NCBI GenBank assembly: GCA_027068075.1
Contig: JAMOUJ010000006.1
Location: 218,706 to 282,705 of the forward strand
Origin: Candidatus Aminicenantes bacterium
GTDB taxonomy: Bacteria; Acidobacteriota; Aminicenantia; S016-38
DNA: 64,000 nucleotides
Direction: 5' to 3'
Of the stretch, positions 46,927-58,325 are shown in pieces. How positions within the stretch are numbered: position 1 is the first letter of the stretch; each line of letters starts with the position of its first letter. The position numbers were made by a program, and so were the translations under genes. Below the pieces are notes generated by a model. That model had not been told where the DNA came from. It ran no database searches and worked only from the letters and a program-made list of their open reading frames with translations.

Positions 46927-47459
46927 TATTCAACGAAAACCCGGGAATCCCCGGTGGAAAAGACCTTCACTCCAGGAAACAGGGCAAAACTCAGGTAAAC
47001 CTGGTAAAGGCTGGGCTGGTCCACCCTTTGTCTCCAGTATCTGAACCCCGTGGAAACCCTCAAATCCAGGAAGTATCTCCGCCGGTCCAGAAGCCGTGCC
47101 CTCTTGCTGGAGAAGGACAGGTCAAATAATTTTTCCTCTCCGCTCTGGAAGTATCCGATGGAGGTTCCGCCCAGGTAGAGGACCAGGAGTCTGCGGGAGG
47201 CCCCTTCGGTGAAGGGGGATGAAAAATTTATCCACCGAAGGCCCACGCCTATTCCGGCGAAGGTTATTCCCCCTCCTATCTCGGTCTGCTTGAGGAAACT
47301 AAATTCCACACTGGGAAGTTTCTCGTCCAACAATTTGCCCCGGGCATGGAAAAAGGAAAGCCCCAGGCCCAGATCAAGGAACCCCTCTATGTTCTCCCCC
47401 AGGGCCGGAGGAAGAAGCAGAAGGAGTCCCAGGACTAAGACCAGTAATTTTCCTCTCAT
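46926..47459 (-). CDS. Hypothetical exported / outer-membrane protein
   Basis: Signal peptide and amphipathic beta-strand pattern; fits the operon packing. Confidence 0.6.
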   Translation of the reverse strand: MRGKLLVLVLGLLLLLPPALGENIEGFLDLGLGLSFFHARGKLLDEKLPSVEFSFLKQTEIGGGITFAGIGVGLRWINFSSPFTEGASRRLLVLYLGGTSIGYFQSGEEKLFDLSFSSKRARLLDRRRYFLDLRVSTGFRYWRQRVDQPSLYQVYLSFALFPGVKVFSTGDSRVFVE

Positions 47460-47471
47460 AAACCAATGATA

Positions 47472-49232
47472 TCACACCTCAATTTCTTCCCACAGGGTCA
47501 TGACTTCCTTCAGGAGTTCCACCCCTTCCAGGAGAAGGAATCCGGCGGTGGTTATCTTTTCGTCCTTGGAGAAATGGGATATTTTGGCCTGGGTTAGGGT
47601 TTTTTCAAAGATCTCAGGATCCAGACCGGAGACCTTCTCCGCTTCCTTGAGATTTACCCTTCCCTTTTCGTCGGTGGCCTCCCTGGCAGCCAGGAGAAAT
47701 CTTACCAGATGCGGGGTCACATGGAACTCTATCCCGTCGGGAACGGCGGAAATGGCCCTCTTTATCCTTTCACCTGCCTCGGTTAGGCGGTAAAAGCCTC
47801 CGGGCAGGGCGTCTATAAGGGATTGTCCCACGAGTTTTCTCAGGGCTGAGCGGACATGTTCCTCCTCACGGGGGGGGAACTTGGCCAGGAGCCAGGGTTC
47901 AAACACCCCCCTCCAGAGGGGCATGGATTTCAGGACCCTGGCCTCAAAGGCGGAAATCATGGGGAGCCTTTCAATGGAACTGGCCAACTGGGCGAAGAAC
48001 CTTCCGGACTTGCTGGGGAAGCCGTTTCCCAGGAGGCCCTGCTCCTCCGCCTTTGCTACCCAGGAGTCCCCCGGGGAGAGGTTCTCCATTCTGGTGGTGG
48101 TTATGGCCATTACTGCGGTGGCGGAAACTTCCTTTTTCCCGTGCTGTTTCCTGTCCTGAAAAACCTTTTCACCCCATTCTGTAAATTCGTAGACCAGTTC
48201 TCCCCTTTCACCTATCCACGAGTGGAGCATTCTGTAACTTTCCAGGAGATATAAAGAATAGGAAACCTTCCACGGGGTTATGGAGTGTTCGTCCTCCGCC
48301 TTTTTCCTTATCTGGGAATAACTGGGATATATTTCGGGATTCGCTTCGTGGGTTTTCCAGAGACCCTCAATTATCTCCAGGATGGTCAGGTCCTGGGTGT
48401 CAATGTCTATGGATGGGTTCACCGTTATCGGTTCCACATAGAGAAGTTGGGCGGCCTTCAGAAGGTGATCGCCGGCGGGAAGGAGGTTTCCTTTGCCGTC
48501 CAGGGCCCCCATGAGCATAAGTTTTTCCCGGAGTTCTCCCCCGGGATCCCTCTCCAGAAGGGAAACGAGGATTTCGTCGGTAAGGGGAAAGTTCACCGCC
48601 GCCCCTTTGAGGAGTCCAGCCCTTATCTGCTGACCTGGCCCGGTAAGGGAGTAGTTGTTGCCGTGGGGAAGGGAGAAGGTGAGCAGGCCCATGGCCTCCA
48701 GTTGCATTATTTTCTCCCTGGTGAGGGGAAGGAAGGATTTTTTGCCCGGTCCCGGAGGGGTCTTCCTGAGTTTTTCCGCCAGGGCCGGGGAAATGAAAAC
48801 CCTGGACTCCGCTATTTTGTAAGCCTGAAGCAGGGATTCTCCCAGGGGAAGAAGTTTTCCGTCCCTGGCCAGTCCCCTTCTTTGAAGGGCAGAGGAGATT
48901 TCCTCCTGGAGGGAAATGTCCCCCTGGCTGAGAACCGCTATCTCCAGCATGGAGATTACCTCGGAGCCCACGAATCGGAAGTCCTCCTCCCAGTCCTCCA
49001 CGGGTCCCAGGGTTTCTTCGCATTCCCGGATGGCCTCGGATACCATGTGGCCGGCCTGGGTGAGGGAATATACCCCTTCCTCCTCGGTGAGGAGTCCCTC
49101 CAGGTCCAGGTGAAATAAATATTCTATGTCCTCGTCGGTCAGTTTATCCAGGACCCGGTCCAATTCTATGCCCTGGTCCCATTTTTCTGCCATTCTCTTT
49201 ATCAGGGCTGCGTGCTTTTTCAGAATTATCAT
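47472..49232 (-). CDS. DUF505-like protein built of repeated winged-helix-like units
   Basis: 586 aa with recurring (Y.)LT..G wing motifs; AGGAGGT SD. Family name is from memory. Confidence 0.6.
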   Translation of the reverse strand: MIILKKHAALIKRMAEKWDQGIELDRVLDKLTDEDIEYLFHLDLEGLLTEEEGVYSLTQAGHMVSEAIRECEETLGPVEDWEEDFRFVGSEVISMLEIAVLSQGDISLQEEISSALQRRGLARDGKLLPLGESLLQAYKIAESRVFISPALAEKLRKTPPGPGKKSFLPLTREKIMQLEAMGLLTFSLPHGNNYSLTGPGQQIRAGLLKGAAVNFPLTDEILVSLLERDPGGELREKLMLMGALDGKGNLLPAGDHLLKAAQLLYVEPITVNPSIDIDTQDLTILEIIEGLWKTHEANPEIYPSYSQIRKKAEDEHSITPWKVSYSLYLLESYRMLHSWIGERGELVYEFTEWGEKVFQDRKQHGKKEVSATAVMAITTTRMENLSPGDSWVAKAEEQGLLGNGFPSKSGRFFAQLASSIERLPMISAFEARVLKSMPLWRGVFEPWLLAKFPPREEEHVRSALRKLVGQSLIDALPGGFYRLTEAGERIKRAISAVPDGIEFHVTPHLVRFLLAAREATDEKGRVNLKEAEKVSGLDPEIFEKTLTQAKISHFSKDEKITTAGFLLLEGVELLKEVMTLWEEIEV

Positions 49233-49279
49233 GGTGACCTCCTTGTGGAATTTATCCAGAATAAATTATAAGGGAATTG

Positions 49280-50230
49280 TCAAAAGGTCTTTTCCCATCG
49301 GATCTCTATTTTCTGGTAGGGAACCCAGACGCCGTCCACCCATCCGCTGGCAAGGGTAAAGGCGAGGTTAAACCCTTTGAGGAAGACCTCCTTCCTGTAA
49401 CCCAGCCATGTTAAATTGTTGCCCCGGTAAAGGGGGTCCCCGTCCTGATGGTAGAAATTCCTTCCCCACCAACGGCTAAGGAAGACCTCCCCATATTTTC
49501 CCGAGAGGGAAAGGAGGGCTTCGGTTCCCCTGCCGGTAAATCTTGAGGGTTTCCACCGATCCGGTATGTAGTAGGAAAGGAACCGGGCAGCGGAGAGGTT
49601 CACCGTTCCCAGGGGGGTGGGAAGTTTAACTCCGGCTCTCCCCATGAAGGCCATGTCGTCCTGGGGACCTACATGATGCTCCATGTACTCCCCTCCGAAG
49701 TGGACATAGTGATACTGGAAGGAGGCAAAGACCCCACCGCTTTCCAGCCGAAGTTTCAGCCCCACATCAAAATTCTCCTGGACCAGTTTTTTCATTTCCC
49801 TTTCCCAGTTTATCCAAACTTCCCCCTGGAGGGTTTTGCGTTTGTAGGACAACTGAAATCCCCTCTCCGCCGGCCTTTCGTAATAGAGGGCGTCAAAGTA
49901 TAGGGCCCTGTGGAGACCATGGAATTTACGGAGGTTTCCGAAGCGAAAACTGAACTCTCTGGAGGGCGAAAAGACCACCGCCAGATAGGGGAGGATCCTT
50001 CTGTCTCCACCGTAGAACCTCCACAGCAGGGCTCCGGCCTCGGCCTTTACCGCAGAATTGATTTTTATGGAAAAATACCCCTGAATCCAGTCTCCGAAGA
50101 AGGTTCTGCCGTCGTAGTAGGGGTTGGATTTGTATTCAAAATTGTAAAAAAGGGAATAATTTTCCAGGGAGAAGTTCACCCCGGCCATCATCAACCAGGA
50201 GGAAAGAAGAATAAACGGGATTTTCCTCAT
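49280..50230 (-). CDS. Hypothetical outer-membrane beta-barrel protein
   Basis: Signal peptide, aromatic-rich alternating strands, C-terminal Phe (IRWEKTF). Confidence 0.65.
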   Translation of the reverse strand: MRKIPFILLSSWLMMAGVNFSLENYSLFYNFEYKSNPYYDGRTFFGDWIQGYFSIKINSAVKAEAGALLWRFYGGDRRILPYLAVVFSPSREFSFRFGNLRKFHGLHRALYFDALYYERPAERGFQLSYKRKTLQGEVWINWEREMKKLVQENFDVGLKLRLESGGVFASFQYHYVHFGGEYMEHHVGPQDDMAFMGRAGVKLPTPLGTVNLSAARFLSYYIPDRWKPSRFTGRGTEALLSLSGKYGEVFLSRWWGRNFYHQDGDPLYRGNNLTWLGYRKEVFLKGFNLAFTLASGWVDGVWVPYQKIEIRWEKTF

Positions 50231-50345
50231 GAAGGAGCCATTATAAACCATGGTTTTTTTTCAAGTCAACGCTACCCCCTTTCCCCTGAGGGTTGACTTT
50301 TGCCAGGGGAGTATAGAAAATATAACTTTAACAGGAGGAGAGAAG

Positions 50346-53096
50346 ATGCTTGATCCCAAGGAACTCAAAAAGACCCTGAACCTGCCGAAGACCGAGTTTC
50401 CCATGAAGGCTTCCCTGCCCCGCCGGGAGCCTGAGATACTGAAGAAGTGGACCGAAATGAAACTTTACCAGCGAATACGAAAGGAAAGGGAGGGACGGCC
50501 CAAGTTTATACTCCACGACGGCCCTCCTTACGCCAACGGAAGAATACACCTTGGGCACGCCCTGAATAAAATCCTCAAGGACTTTGTGGTGAAGTCCTAT
50601 TCCATGATGGGCTACGATGCCCCCTATGTTCCCGGATGGGACTGCCACGGCCTGCCCATTGAGATAAAGGTGGAAAACCGCATAGGAAGGCTGGAGGACA
50701 AGGCGAAGTTTCGCCGGGAATGCAAAAAATACGCCGAGAAGTATGTGGGCCTCCAGAGGGACGAGTTCATAAGGCTGGGGGTTCTGGGGGATTGGGAGAA
50801 TCCCTACCTCACCATGGACCCCGAATACGAGGCGGAAATAATCAGGCACATAAAGGGATTTTTCCAGAGGGGTGAGGTTTACAGGGCCAGGAAGCCCGTA
50901 TACTGGTGCCCCCATTGTAAAACCGCCCTGGCGGAGGCCGAAATAGAATATCACGACCACAAATCCCCGTCCATTTATGTGAAGTTTCCCCTCCTTGAGC
51001 CGGAGAAACTTTCACCTTCCCTGGAGGGAAAGAGGGTGTTCGTGGTCATCTGGACCACCACCCCCTGGACCCTTCCGGCCAATCTGGCCATAGCCCTACA
51101 CCCAGACTACGATTACGGGGTTTTCCGCCACGGAGACGAGTACTACATCCTTGCCAGGTTGCTGGCCCCTGTGGTGGAGGAGGAACTGGGAGCGTCCTTT
51201 GAACTGGTCCACAAATTTGAAGGAAAGGAATTGGAGGGCTTCCGGGCCAGGCATCCGTTTCTTGACAGGGAGAGCGTGATAGTCCTGGCGGATTATGTAA
51301 CCCTGGAGCAGGGAACGGGATGCGTTCACATAGCCCCGGGCCACGGGGAGGAGGACTATCAGACCGGGCTTAAATACGGCCTGGAGGTGCTTTCTCCGGT
51401 GGACGACGAGGGAAGATTCACCGGGGAGGTGGAATTTTTGAAAGGCAAGACGGTATGGGAAGCCAATCCCATAGTCCTGGAGGTTCTCAGGGAAAGGGGG
51501 ATGCTTCTGGCCCAGGGGGAGATAAGCCATTCCTATCCCCACTGCTGGAGATGTAAGGGGCCCGTGATTTTCCGGGCTACTCCCCAGTGGTTCATTTCCA
51601 TGGACAGGGCCGGGCTGAGGAAAAGGGCCTTAGAGGAGATAAAAAAGGTCCGCTGGATTCCATCCTGGGGCGAGGAAAGGATCTCCAACATGATAGAAAA
51701 CAGACCCGATTGGTGTATTTCCCGGCAGAGGAGTTGGGGAGTTCCCATTCCGGTTTTCTACTGTAAGAACTGCGGAGAACCCCTGACGAAGCCGGAGGTC
51801 ATGGACCGGGTGGCGGAGGTCTTTGAAGGGGAGGGTTCCGATGCCTGGTTCTCCCATCCTCCCCAATACTTTATTCCCCAGGGCGTGAAGTGCGAAAAAT
51901 GCGGTGGGAGGGAATTCGTCAAGGAAAACGACATCGTGGATGTGTGGTTTGAATCGGGAACATCCCACGCCATCCTCAAGCATAGGCCTGACCACCGCTG
52001 GCCCGCCGATGTTTACCTGGAGGGCAACGACCAGTACAGGGGATGGTTCCACAGTTCCCTTCTGGTGGCCCTGGCCAACGAGGGGGAAAGCCCCTACAGG
52101 CAGGTTATTACCCACGGATGGGTTCTGGACGAGCACGGCAGGGCCATGTCCAAATCCATGGGCAATGTTATAGAGCCCGGGGAGATAATAAAAGATTACG
52201 GGGCGGAAATTCTCCGCCTATGGGTGGCCTTTCTGGACTACACGGAGGATGTGAAATTGGGGGAAAACATCCTCCAGCGACTCACCGAGGCCTATCGTAA
52301 GATGAGGAACACCTGGAGGTTCATGCTGGGAAACCTGAGGGATTTCGTCCCGGAAAAGGACTCCGTGGAAGAAGACCAGTTTCTCCCTTCCGACAGGTTC
52401 ATCCTGACTAAATTCAGACGGCTGGTGGAAAGGGTCAAGAAACTTTACGAAAACTATCAGTATTACAAGATAGCCCACCTCCTCTACGATTTCTTCACCG
52501 TGGATCTCAGTTCCTTTTACCTGGACATAACCAAGGACCGGCTTTACTGTTCGGCGCCGGCCTCCCCCGGGAGAAGGGCAGCCCAGACGGCCATATTTGA
52601 AATGGCCAGGGACAGCATGAGGCTTCTGGCTCCCATCCTCTCCTTTACCTCCGAGGAGGCCTGGGAGCATCTTCCGGAATTCCCGGAGAAAAAACCTTCG
52701 GTTCACCTGGAGTTTTTCCCTCCAGCCCTTCCTTCACTCCTTTCCCAGGAGGAGGAAAGGGATTGGGAGGTTCTCATGAAATACAGGGACCTGGCCAACA
52801 AGGCCCTGGATCAGGCCAGGAAGGAGGGCTTTATAGGGAACTCCCTGGAGGCTTCCCTGGTGTTTTACGCCCCGGCGGAGGAAAGGAAGGTCCTGGAAAA
52901 ATATTCCTCCCACTTCCTGGAGATATTCATCGTCTCCTCCTGGAAAATAGAGGAAGGCGAGGAAAGGGTGGAGGTGGAGAAGGCTCCGGGCAAGAAATGC
53001 GAGCGCTGCTGGGTTTATCATCCCGAGGTGGGCAAGGACCCGGAATACCCCAACCTCTGCCCCAGGTGTGTAGCGGTGGTTAAGGAGTTGATTTGA
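50346..53096 (+). CDS. ileS: Isoleucine--tRNA ligase (type 1)
   Basis: [44 protein letters not shown] (KMSKS variant), C-terminal CERCW...CPRC. AGGAGG SD. Confidence 0.98.
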   Translation: MLDPKELKKTLNLPKTEFPMKASLPRREPEILKKWTEMKLYQRIRKEREGRPKFILHDGPPYANGRIHLGHALNKILKDFVVKSYSMMGYDAPYVPGWDCHGLPIEIKVENRIGRLEDKAKFRRECKKYAEKYVGLQRDEFIRLGVLGDWENPYLTMDPEYEAEIIRHIKGFFQRGEVYRARKPVYWCPHCKTALAEAEIEYHDHKSPSIYVKFPLLEPEKLSPSLEGKRVFVVIWTTTPWTLPANLAIALHPDYDYGVFRHGDEYYILARLLAPVVEEELGASFELVHKFEGKELEGFRARHPFLDRESVIVLADYVTLEQGTGCVHIAPGHGEEDYQTGLKYGLEVLSPVDDEGRFTGEVEFLKGKTVWEANPIVLEVLRERGMLLAQGEISHSYPHCWRCKGPVIFRATPQWFISMDRAGLRKRALEEIKKVRWIPSWGEERISNMIENRPDWCISRQRSWGVPIPVFYCKNCGEPLTKPEVMDRVAEVFEGEGSDAWFSHPPQYFIPQGVKCEKCGGREFVKENDIVDVWFESGTSHAILKHRPDHRWPADVYLEGNDQYRGWFHSSLLVALANEGESPYRQVITHGWVLDEHGRAMSKSMGNVIEPGEIIKDYGAEILRLWVAFLDYTEDVKLGENILQRLTEAYRKMRNTWRFMLGNLRDFVPEKDSVEEDQFLPSDRFILTKFRRLVERVKKLYENYQYYKIAHLLYDFFTVDLSSFYLDITKDRLYCSAPASPGRRAAQTAIFEMARDSMRLLAPILSFTSEEAWEHLPEFPEKKPSVHLEFFPPALPSLLSQEEERDWEVLMKYRDLANKALDQARKEGFIGNSLEASLVFYAPAEERKVLEKYSSHFLEIFIVSSWKIEEGEERVEVEKAPGKKCERCWVYHPEVGKDPEYPNLCPRCVAVVKELI

Positions 53097-53575
53097 GACT
53101 GAGCAGGGCCCTGATGCTTATCCTCCTTCTTCTGGGGGTGGATCAGTATAGCAAATGGCTGGTTTCCCAGCACATTCCACCCTGGAGGGTGGTGAAACTT
53201 ACCTCCTTTTTGAACCTGGTGAATGTAAGGAATCGGGGTATGGTCTTCGGGTTTTTGTCCGATTCCCGGAACCCCGTGGTTTTCTGGATCATTACCCTGG
53301 CTTCCCTGGCCGCCGCCGTGTTCGTTCTCTACCTTTTTTTCCGGGAAAAGTCCAGGGTTGCCAGATTTTCCCTTTCCCTGATAATCGCCGGAGCCCTGGG
53401 GAACCTCCTGAACCGGTTTACACAGGGGAGCGTTTTAGACTTCATTGACCTGCACTGGGGGAAGTATCACTGGCCCGTTTTCAACTTCGCCGACGCCTGC
53501 ATAACCGTGGGTTCGGCGGTGTTCATCGTATACCTTCTCTTAAAGGGAGGTGAAGATGTATCCCATACTGGTTAA
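53093..53575 (+). CDS. lspA: Lipoprotein signal peptidase
   Basis: DQ.SK, N.G..FG, GALGN, V.DFI, WPVFN.AD. Confidence 0.94.
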   Translation: MRLSRALMLILLLLGVDQYSKWLVSQHIPPWRVVKLTSFLNLVNVRNRGMVFGFLSDSRNPVVFWIITLASLAAAVFVLYLFFREKSRVARFSLSLIIAGALGNLLNRFTQGSVLDFIDLHWGKYHWPVFNFADACITVGSAVFIVYLLLKGGEDVSHTG

Positions 53576-54350
53576 GATAGGACCTCTGACGGTTTACGGC
53601 TACGGCTTCTGGATAGCCGTGGGGCTTCTGGTGGGTTTCTGGGTCATGGGGAAGGAGGCGAAGAGGCAGGGGCTTCCCCACAACACCGTGGTTAACATAG
53701 CCTTCTGGACGGTGATTTTCGCCTTTATGGTTTCCAAGGTGGGTCTCCTTCTGGTAGACCCGGGATACTATACTTCCAACCTGAAGGAATTGCTCCGCTC
53801 CGGCGGGGTTTTTTACGCCGGTCTCATAGGGGGGCTTGTTTTCGTGGTGGTGGCCCTGAAGGTTAAAAAACTTCCATTCTGGAAGGTAATGGACATCTAC
53901 GCCATGGTCATTCCCCTGGGCCACGCCTTCGGACGGCAGGGGTGTTTTTCCGCCGGGTGTTGTTACGGCAGGCCCACGGATGTGCCCTGGGGTGTAGTTT
54001 TTCACAGTGAGTTCGCCCATCGGCATGTGGGAACCCCCCTGGGGGTGAAAATTCACCCGGTCCAACTCTACGAGTCCTTCCTGAACTTCATACTTTTCGG
54101 CATCCTATATTACATCATGAGAAGGAAGAAGAAATTTGACGGGGAAATATCCGCCCTTTACCTCATCGGATACGGGCTCATAAGGTTCCACGATGAATAT
54201 TACCGGGGAGACCCTGGAAGGGGATGGATAATCCACGGAAACTCCGTGTGGACCTCCCTTTCCGTGCCCCAGTTCATAAGCCTTCTCTTGATTCTCGCCG
54301 GAATAATAATATTTCTCGTCCGAAGGAGGCATGGGGAAAATAACCGCTGA
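53556..54350 (+). CDS. lgt: Prolipoprotein diacylglyceryl transferase
   Basis: YG, GG.FY.G..GG, GR.GC...GCCYG, HPVQLYE, RF..E..R.D. Confidence 0.94.
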   Translation: MYPILVKIGPLTVYGYGFWIAVGLLVGFWVMGKEAKRQGLPHNTVVNIAFWTVIFAFMVSKVGLLLVDPGYYTSNLKELLRSGGVFYAGLIGGLVFVVVALKVKKLPFWKVMDIYAMVIPLGHAFGRQGCFSAGCCYGRPTDVPWGVVFHSEFAHRHVGTPLGVKIHPVQLYESFLNFILFGILYYIMRRKKKFDGEISALYLIGYGLIRFHDEYYRGDPGRGWIIHGNSVWTSLSVPQFISLLLILAGIIIFLVRRRHGENNR

Positions 54351-55260
54351 ACTTGAGGTGGAACACGAAGGGAGGCTTGACCAATATCTGGCCTCCCGAT
54401 TGGAACTTTCCAGGTCCAGGGTTCAGAAACTCATAAAATCCGGCAGGGTCCTCGTAAACGGCCGACCGGCCCGTCCATCCCATCGCCTGAGGGTAGGGGA
54501 CAGGATCACCGTGGATGTGGAAGAGGAAGCGGGAGGGCCCGAGCCTGCGGATGTTCATTTTTCCGTAATCCACGAAGACCCCCAGATTATGGTGGTGGAC
54601 AAGCCCTCGGGGTTGACCGTTCATCCGGCCCCGGGGATAAGGGAGGCCACCCTGGTGAACGGCCTTTTGAAGTTGAGGCCTGAGATCAGTGGGGTGGGGA
54701 GCATAGAGCGTCCGGGAATAGTCCACCGCCTGGATAAGGATACCTCCGGGGTGATGGTGGTGGCGAAAACCCCGGAGGCTTATCTTGCCCTCCAGAGACA
54801 GTTTCAGGAAAGGTTGGTGAAGAAAAGTTACATAGCCATAGTGGAGGGGGAGCCTCCTCCCCGGGGGGAGATTCCCTTTTCCATCGGGAGGGATCCCCAC
54901 CGCCCCGGGAGGTTCTCCGTGGGGGCCCATTCCACCCGGGAGGCTTACACCGAGTTTTTAAAGATAGTCCAGAGGGGAGGGTATGCGGTCCTCCTGGTGT
55001 GTCCCCGCACGGGAAGAACCCATCAGATAAGGGTTCACCTTTCCTTCGCCGGATATCCCATAGCCGGAGACCCCCTCTACGGTAATCCTCCGGGGCCCAT
55101 AGGAAGACTTGCCCTGCACGCCTACTGTCTTTCCTTTATCCATCCCGAAACGGGAAAGAGGGTGAGGTTCTGTTCCCCTGTACCCCGGGAGTTCGCCTCC
55201 TTCGTGGAGGATGTTAAATTTCCCCGCTTTTGTTCCGGGGAGAGTTCTACGGAGAACTGA
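54331..55260 (+). CDS. rluD: RluA/RluD-family pseudouridine synthase with S4 domain
   Basis: RLDQYL...SRS, KPSG..VHP, IVHRLDKDTSG, TGRTHQIRVH, GD.LYG, LHA. Confidence 0.93.
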   Translation: MGKITAELEVEHEGRLDQYLASRLELSRSRVQKLIKSGRVLVNGRPARPSHRLRVGDRITVDVEEEAGGPEPADVHFSVIHEDPQIMVVDKPSGLTVHPAPGIREATLVNGLLKLRPEISGVGSIERPGIVHRLDKDTSGVMVVAKTPEAYLALQRQFQERLVKKSYIAIVEGEPPPRGEIPFSIGRDPHRPGRFSVGAHSTREAYTEFLKIVQRGGYAVLLVCPRTGRTHQIRVHLSFAGYPIAGDPLYGNPPGPIGRLALHAYCLSFIHPETGKRVRFCSPVPREFASFVEDVKFPRFCSGESSTEN

Positions 55261-55264
55261 AAAC

Positions 55265-57430
55265 TCACCTGTCAAAGAGGGAAGGGAAGAAGTTTTCCCA
55301 ATCTTTCTTTAACTCCTCCAGGGGCAGGTCTATTTTCTTTCGTCCGTTTACATAGGCCGTAAGCCTTTCGCCCTTTACCAGGCCGATTTTTTTCACCGGA
55401 ACCTCCGCCTCCAGGTCGCCGGAGGCAAAGACCAGGGCTCTGGAGGGACTTTCCCCGAAGAGGAAGTAAACTTCTTCGTCCTCCGTTTCTATGGAGAGTT
55501 CGGCGCCCATCCCTATGTGGAAAAGGGCCTCCGCCAGGTTGGGAAGAAGCCCTCCAGGTGAAAGGTCCACGGCGTAGGCGAACCTTCCTTCCCTGGCAAG
55601 ATGTATCAGTTCCCTCTGGAGGAGCCTTTCCCTTTCCAGGTTTATTTCCGGAGGCCTTCCACCCTCCTCTCCCAGAACCACCTTTAAATAAAGGGAAGAG
55701 CCCAGGTCCCTGCCGGTCCAGCCCAGGAGGAATATCCCCATGCCTTCCTCCACACGCCCGGGCCTGGGGATGACCATGTAGTCCTCCACCAGGCCCACGG
55801 CTCCTATGGTCACCGTGGGGGGGATGGCCTTTCCCTGGGTCTCGTTGTAAAAACTCACATTTCCCCCGGTTACTGGAACTTCAAAGAACTCCAGGGCTCT
55901 CTTCATCCCTTCCACCGTGGCCACGAACTGCCCCATGATGTCAGGTTTTTCCGGATTCCCGAAGTTGAGGCAGTTGGTTATACCCAGGGGCTCCGCCCCC
56001 AGGCAGGCCAGGTTCCTGAAGGCCTCGGCCACCGTGAGCACCGCCGCCCCCTCCGGATTGGCCCTTCCCCACCCGGGGTTGGCGTCAATGGTGAGGGCTA
56101 TGCCCTCCTTCTGTCCCTTTATTTTCAGCACCGCCGCTCCGGCCCCCGGGAGGAGAACGGTGTTGGTCTGCACCATGTGGTCGTATTGCTGGTAAATCCA
56201 TCGGCGGGAGGCCATGTGCGGGGAGGAAAGAATCCTCTTCAGGGCATCTTCCCAGTCCCTTTCCCGGGTCCAGGACTCCTTCCAGGTCTCGTCGGGGTTC
56301 GGTTTTTTGTAGGGTCTTTCGTAGGCCGGGGCATCGCTGGCCAAGGATTTTACCGGCACATCCGCCACCATCTCCCCGTGCCAGAAGGCTCTGAATCTGT
56401 CCCCTTCGGTGGTTTTTCCCACCACCACGGCGTCTATTCCCCACTTATCAAATACGGCCTTTATTTCCTCTTCCTTACCTTCCCTGGCCACCATGAGCAT
56501 TCTTTCCTGGGATTCGGAGAGGAGGATTTCGTAGGGGGTCATCCCTTCCTCCCTCAGGGGAACCCTGTCCAGATACAGGTCCACCCCCACTCCGCTTTTT
56601 GAAGCCATTTCCGAGGAGGAAGAAGTAAGCCCCGCTGCCCCCATGTCCTGAATTCCCACGATGAGGTCCCTTTCCATGACTTCCAAGGTGGCCTCCAGAA
56701 GGAGTTTTTCCCTGAAGGGGTCACCCACCTGAACATTTACCTTCTTGTGTTCGGTTTCCTCACCGAATTCCGCCGAAGCCATGGTGGCTCCGTGGATTCC
56801 GTCCCTGCCCGTGGGAGCCCCGGCGTAAATGAGGGAGAGTCCGGGTTTTCCCGCCCTGGCGTAAAATATTTTTTCCTTCTCCGCTATCCCCACGCACATC
56901 ACATTTACCAGGGGATTGTGGGAGAATTCCTCCTCAAAATCCACTTCCCCCCCCACGGTGGGAACGCCCACCGGGTTTCCGTAGCCGGCGATTCCGCTCA
57001 CCACTCCCTCCATAATGGCCCGGTTGGAGGGCCTTTCCAGGGGTCCGAAGTGGAGGGAGTCCAGCAGGGCCACCGGCCTCGCTCCCATGGTGAAGACATC
57101 CCTGAGTATTCCACCCACCCCCGTGGCAGCCCCCTGGTAGGGTTCTACGAAGGAGGGGTGGTTGTGGGATTCCACCTTGAATACCACCGCCTTCCCCGCC
57201 GCCTCAACTACGCCGGCGTTTTCTCCGGGTCCCTGAATCAGGTATTTACCGCGGGTGGGAAGTTTTTTCAGGTGAATTCTGGAACTTTTGTAGGAGCAGT
57301 GCTCCGACCACATAACGGAAAAAAGCCCCAGTTCCACCAGGTTGGGTTCCCTGCCCAGAATAGATTTTATCCGTTCGTATTCTTCCCTGGTGAGATTGTG
57401 TTCTTCCAGGAGTTTTTCAAGGTTTTTCAT
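55265..57430 (-). CDS. purL: Phosphoribosylformylglycinamidine synthase subunit PurL
   Basis: [58 protein letters not shown]. Confidence 0.97.
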   Translation of the reverse strand: MKNLEKLLEEHNLTREEYERIKSILGREPNLVELGLFSVMWSEHCSYKSSRIHLKKLPTRGKYLIQGPGENAGVVEAAGKAVVFKVESHNHPSFVEPYQGAATGVGGILRDVFTMGARPVALLDSLHFGPLERPSNRAIMEGVVSGIAGYGNPVGVPTVGGEVDFEEEFSHNPLVNVMCVGIAEKEKIFYARAGKPGLSLIYAGAPTGRDGIHGATMASAEFGEETEHKKVNVQVGDPFREKLLLEATLEVMERDLIVGIQDMGAAGLTSSSSEMASKSGVGVDLYLDRVPLREEGMTPYEILLSESQERMLMVAREGKEEEIKAVFDKWGIDAVVVGKTTEGDRFRAFWHGEMVADVPVKSLASDAPAYERPYKKPNPDETWKESWTRERDWEDALKRILSSPHMASRRWIYQQYDHMVQTNTVLLPGAGAAVLKIKGQKEGIALTIDANPGWGRANPEGAAVLTVAEAFRNLACLGAEPLGITNCLNFGNPEKPDIMGQFVATVEGMKRALEFFEVPVTGGNVSFYNETQGKAIPPTVTIGAVGLVEDYMVIPRPGRVEEGMGIFLLGWTGRDLGSSLYLKVVLGEEGGRPPEINLERERLLQRELIHLAREGRFAYAVDLSPGGLLPNLAEALFHIGMGAELSIETEDEEVYFLFGESPSRALVFASGDLEAEVPVKKIGLVKGERLTAYVNGRKKIDLPLEELKKDWENFFPSLFDR

Positions 57431-58110
57431 GATTCCCTCACATATCTGGCCGCCGAAAGGAACATCCTCAGCCCGTCGGTGGAGCCCAACTCCGCCTCGG
57501 AGGCCCTTTCCGGATGGGGCATGAGCCCCATAACATTTCCCCGGGGATTTATTATCCCGGCGATGTCGTTAAGGGAGCCGTTGGGATTTTTAAGGTACCG
57601 GAATACCACCCCCCTTCTCCCTTCCAGTTCCGCCAGCGCCCGGGGTTCTGCGAAGTAATTTCCGTCTATGTGGGCGATGGGCATCCTTATCCTTTCTCCC
57701 CTCTGGTAGAGGAGGGTGAAGGGGGTTTCGTCGTTTTCCACCACCAGGTCCTCAAACCGACATATGAACCTCAGACCCCGGTTTCTCAGCATGGCCCCGG
57801 GAAGAAGTCCTGCCTCCAGGAGGATTTGAAATCCGTTGCATATCCCTAAGACCAGGCCGCCCTCCTCGGCAAATTCCCGCACGGCTTCCATAATAGGTGA
57901 AAACCTCGCTATGGCCCCGCTCCGGAGGTAGTCCCCGTAGGAAAAACCTCCGGGTAAGACCACCACCCGGGAGCCTTTCAGGTCCCTTTCGCCGTGCCAC
58001 AGGTAAACGACTTCCTCCCCGGCCACATCCTGGATCACATGGTAGGTGTCCCGGTCGCAGTTGGTCCCGGGAAAGACCACCACCCCGAACCTTACTTTTC
58101 TATTTCCCAT
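57427..58110 (-). CDS. purQ: FGAM synthase glutaminase subunit PurQ
   Basis: [36 protein letters not shown]. Confidence 0.97.
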   Translation of the reverse strand: MGNRKVRFGVVVFPGTNCDRDTYHVIQDVAGEEVVYLWHGERDLKGSRVVVLPGGFSYGDYLRSGAIARFSPIMEAVREFAEEGGLVLGICNGFQILLEAGLLPGAMLRNRGLRFICRFEDLVVENDETPFTLLYQRGERIRMPIAHIDGNYFAEPRALAELEGRRGVVFRYLKNPNGSLNDIAGIINPRGNVMGLMPHPERASEAELGSTDGLRMFLSAARYVRES

Positions 58111-58325
58111 CGGAAATCCTCTATGACGGGATTGGAAAGAACCTTCCTGGCTATTTCCTCAATGACCTTTTCCGGGTTTTCATCCTCCAGGTCAATGTAG
58201 AAGACCTTTCCCTGACGAACTTCCTTTACGGTCTCGTATCCCAGGGTATGGAGGGCCCTTTTTATGGTCTCGCCCTGGGGGTCAAGGACCTCCGGTTTCA
58301 AGAAGACTTCAATTTTCGCTTTCAT
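58092..58325 (-). CDS. purS: FGAM synthase subunit PurS
   Basis: LDPQG, VRQGK, LSNPVIE. Confidence 0.95.
   Translation of the reverse strand: MKAKIEVFLKPEVLDPQGETIKRALHTLGYETVKEVRQGKVFYIDLEDENPEKVIEEIARKVLSNPVIEDFRWEIEK

Noticed and set aside
50252..50345. T-box leader before ileS
   Set aside because: The intergenic region is too short and has no T-box motif or terminator.
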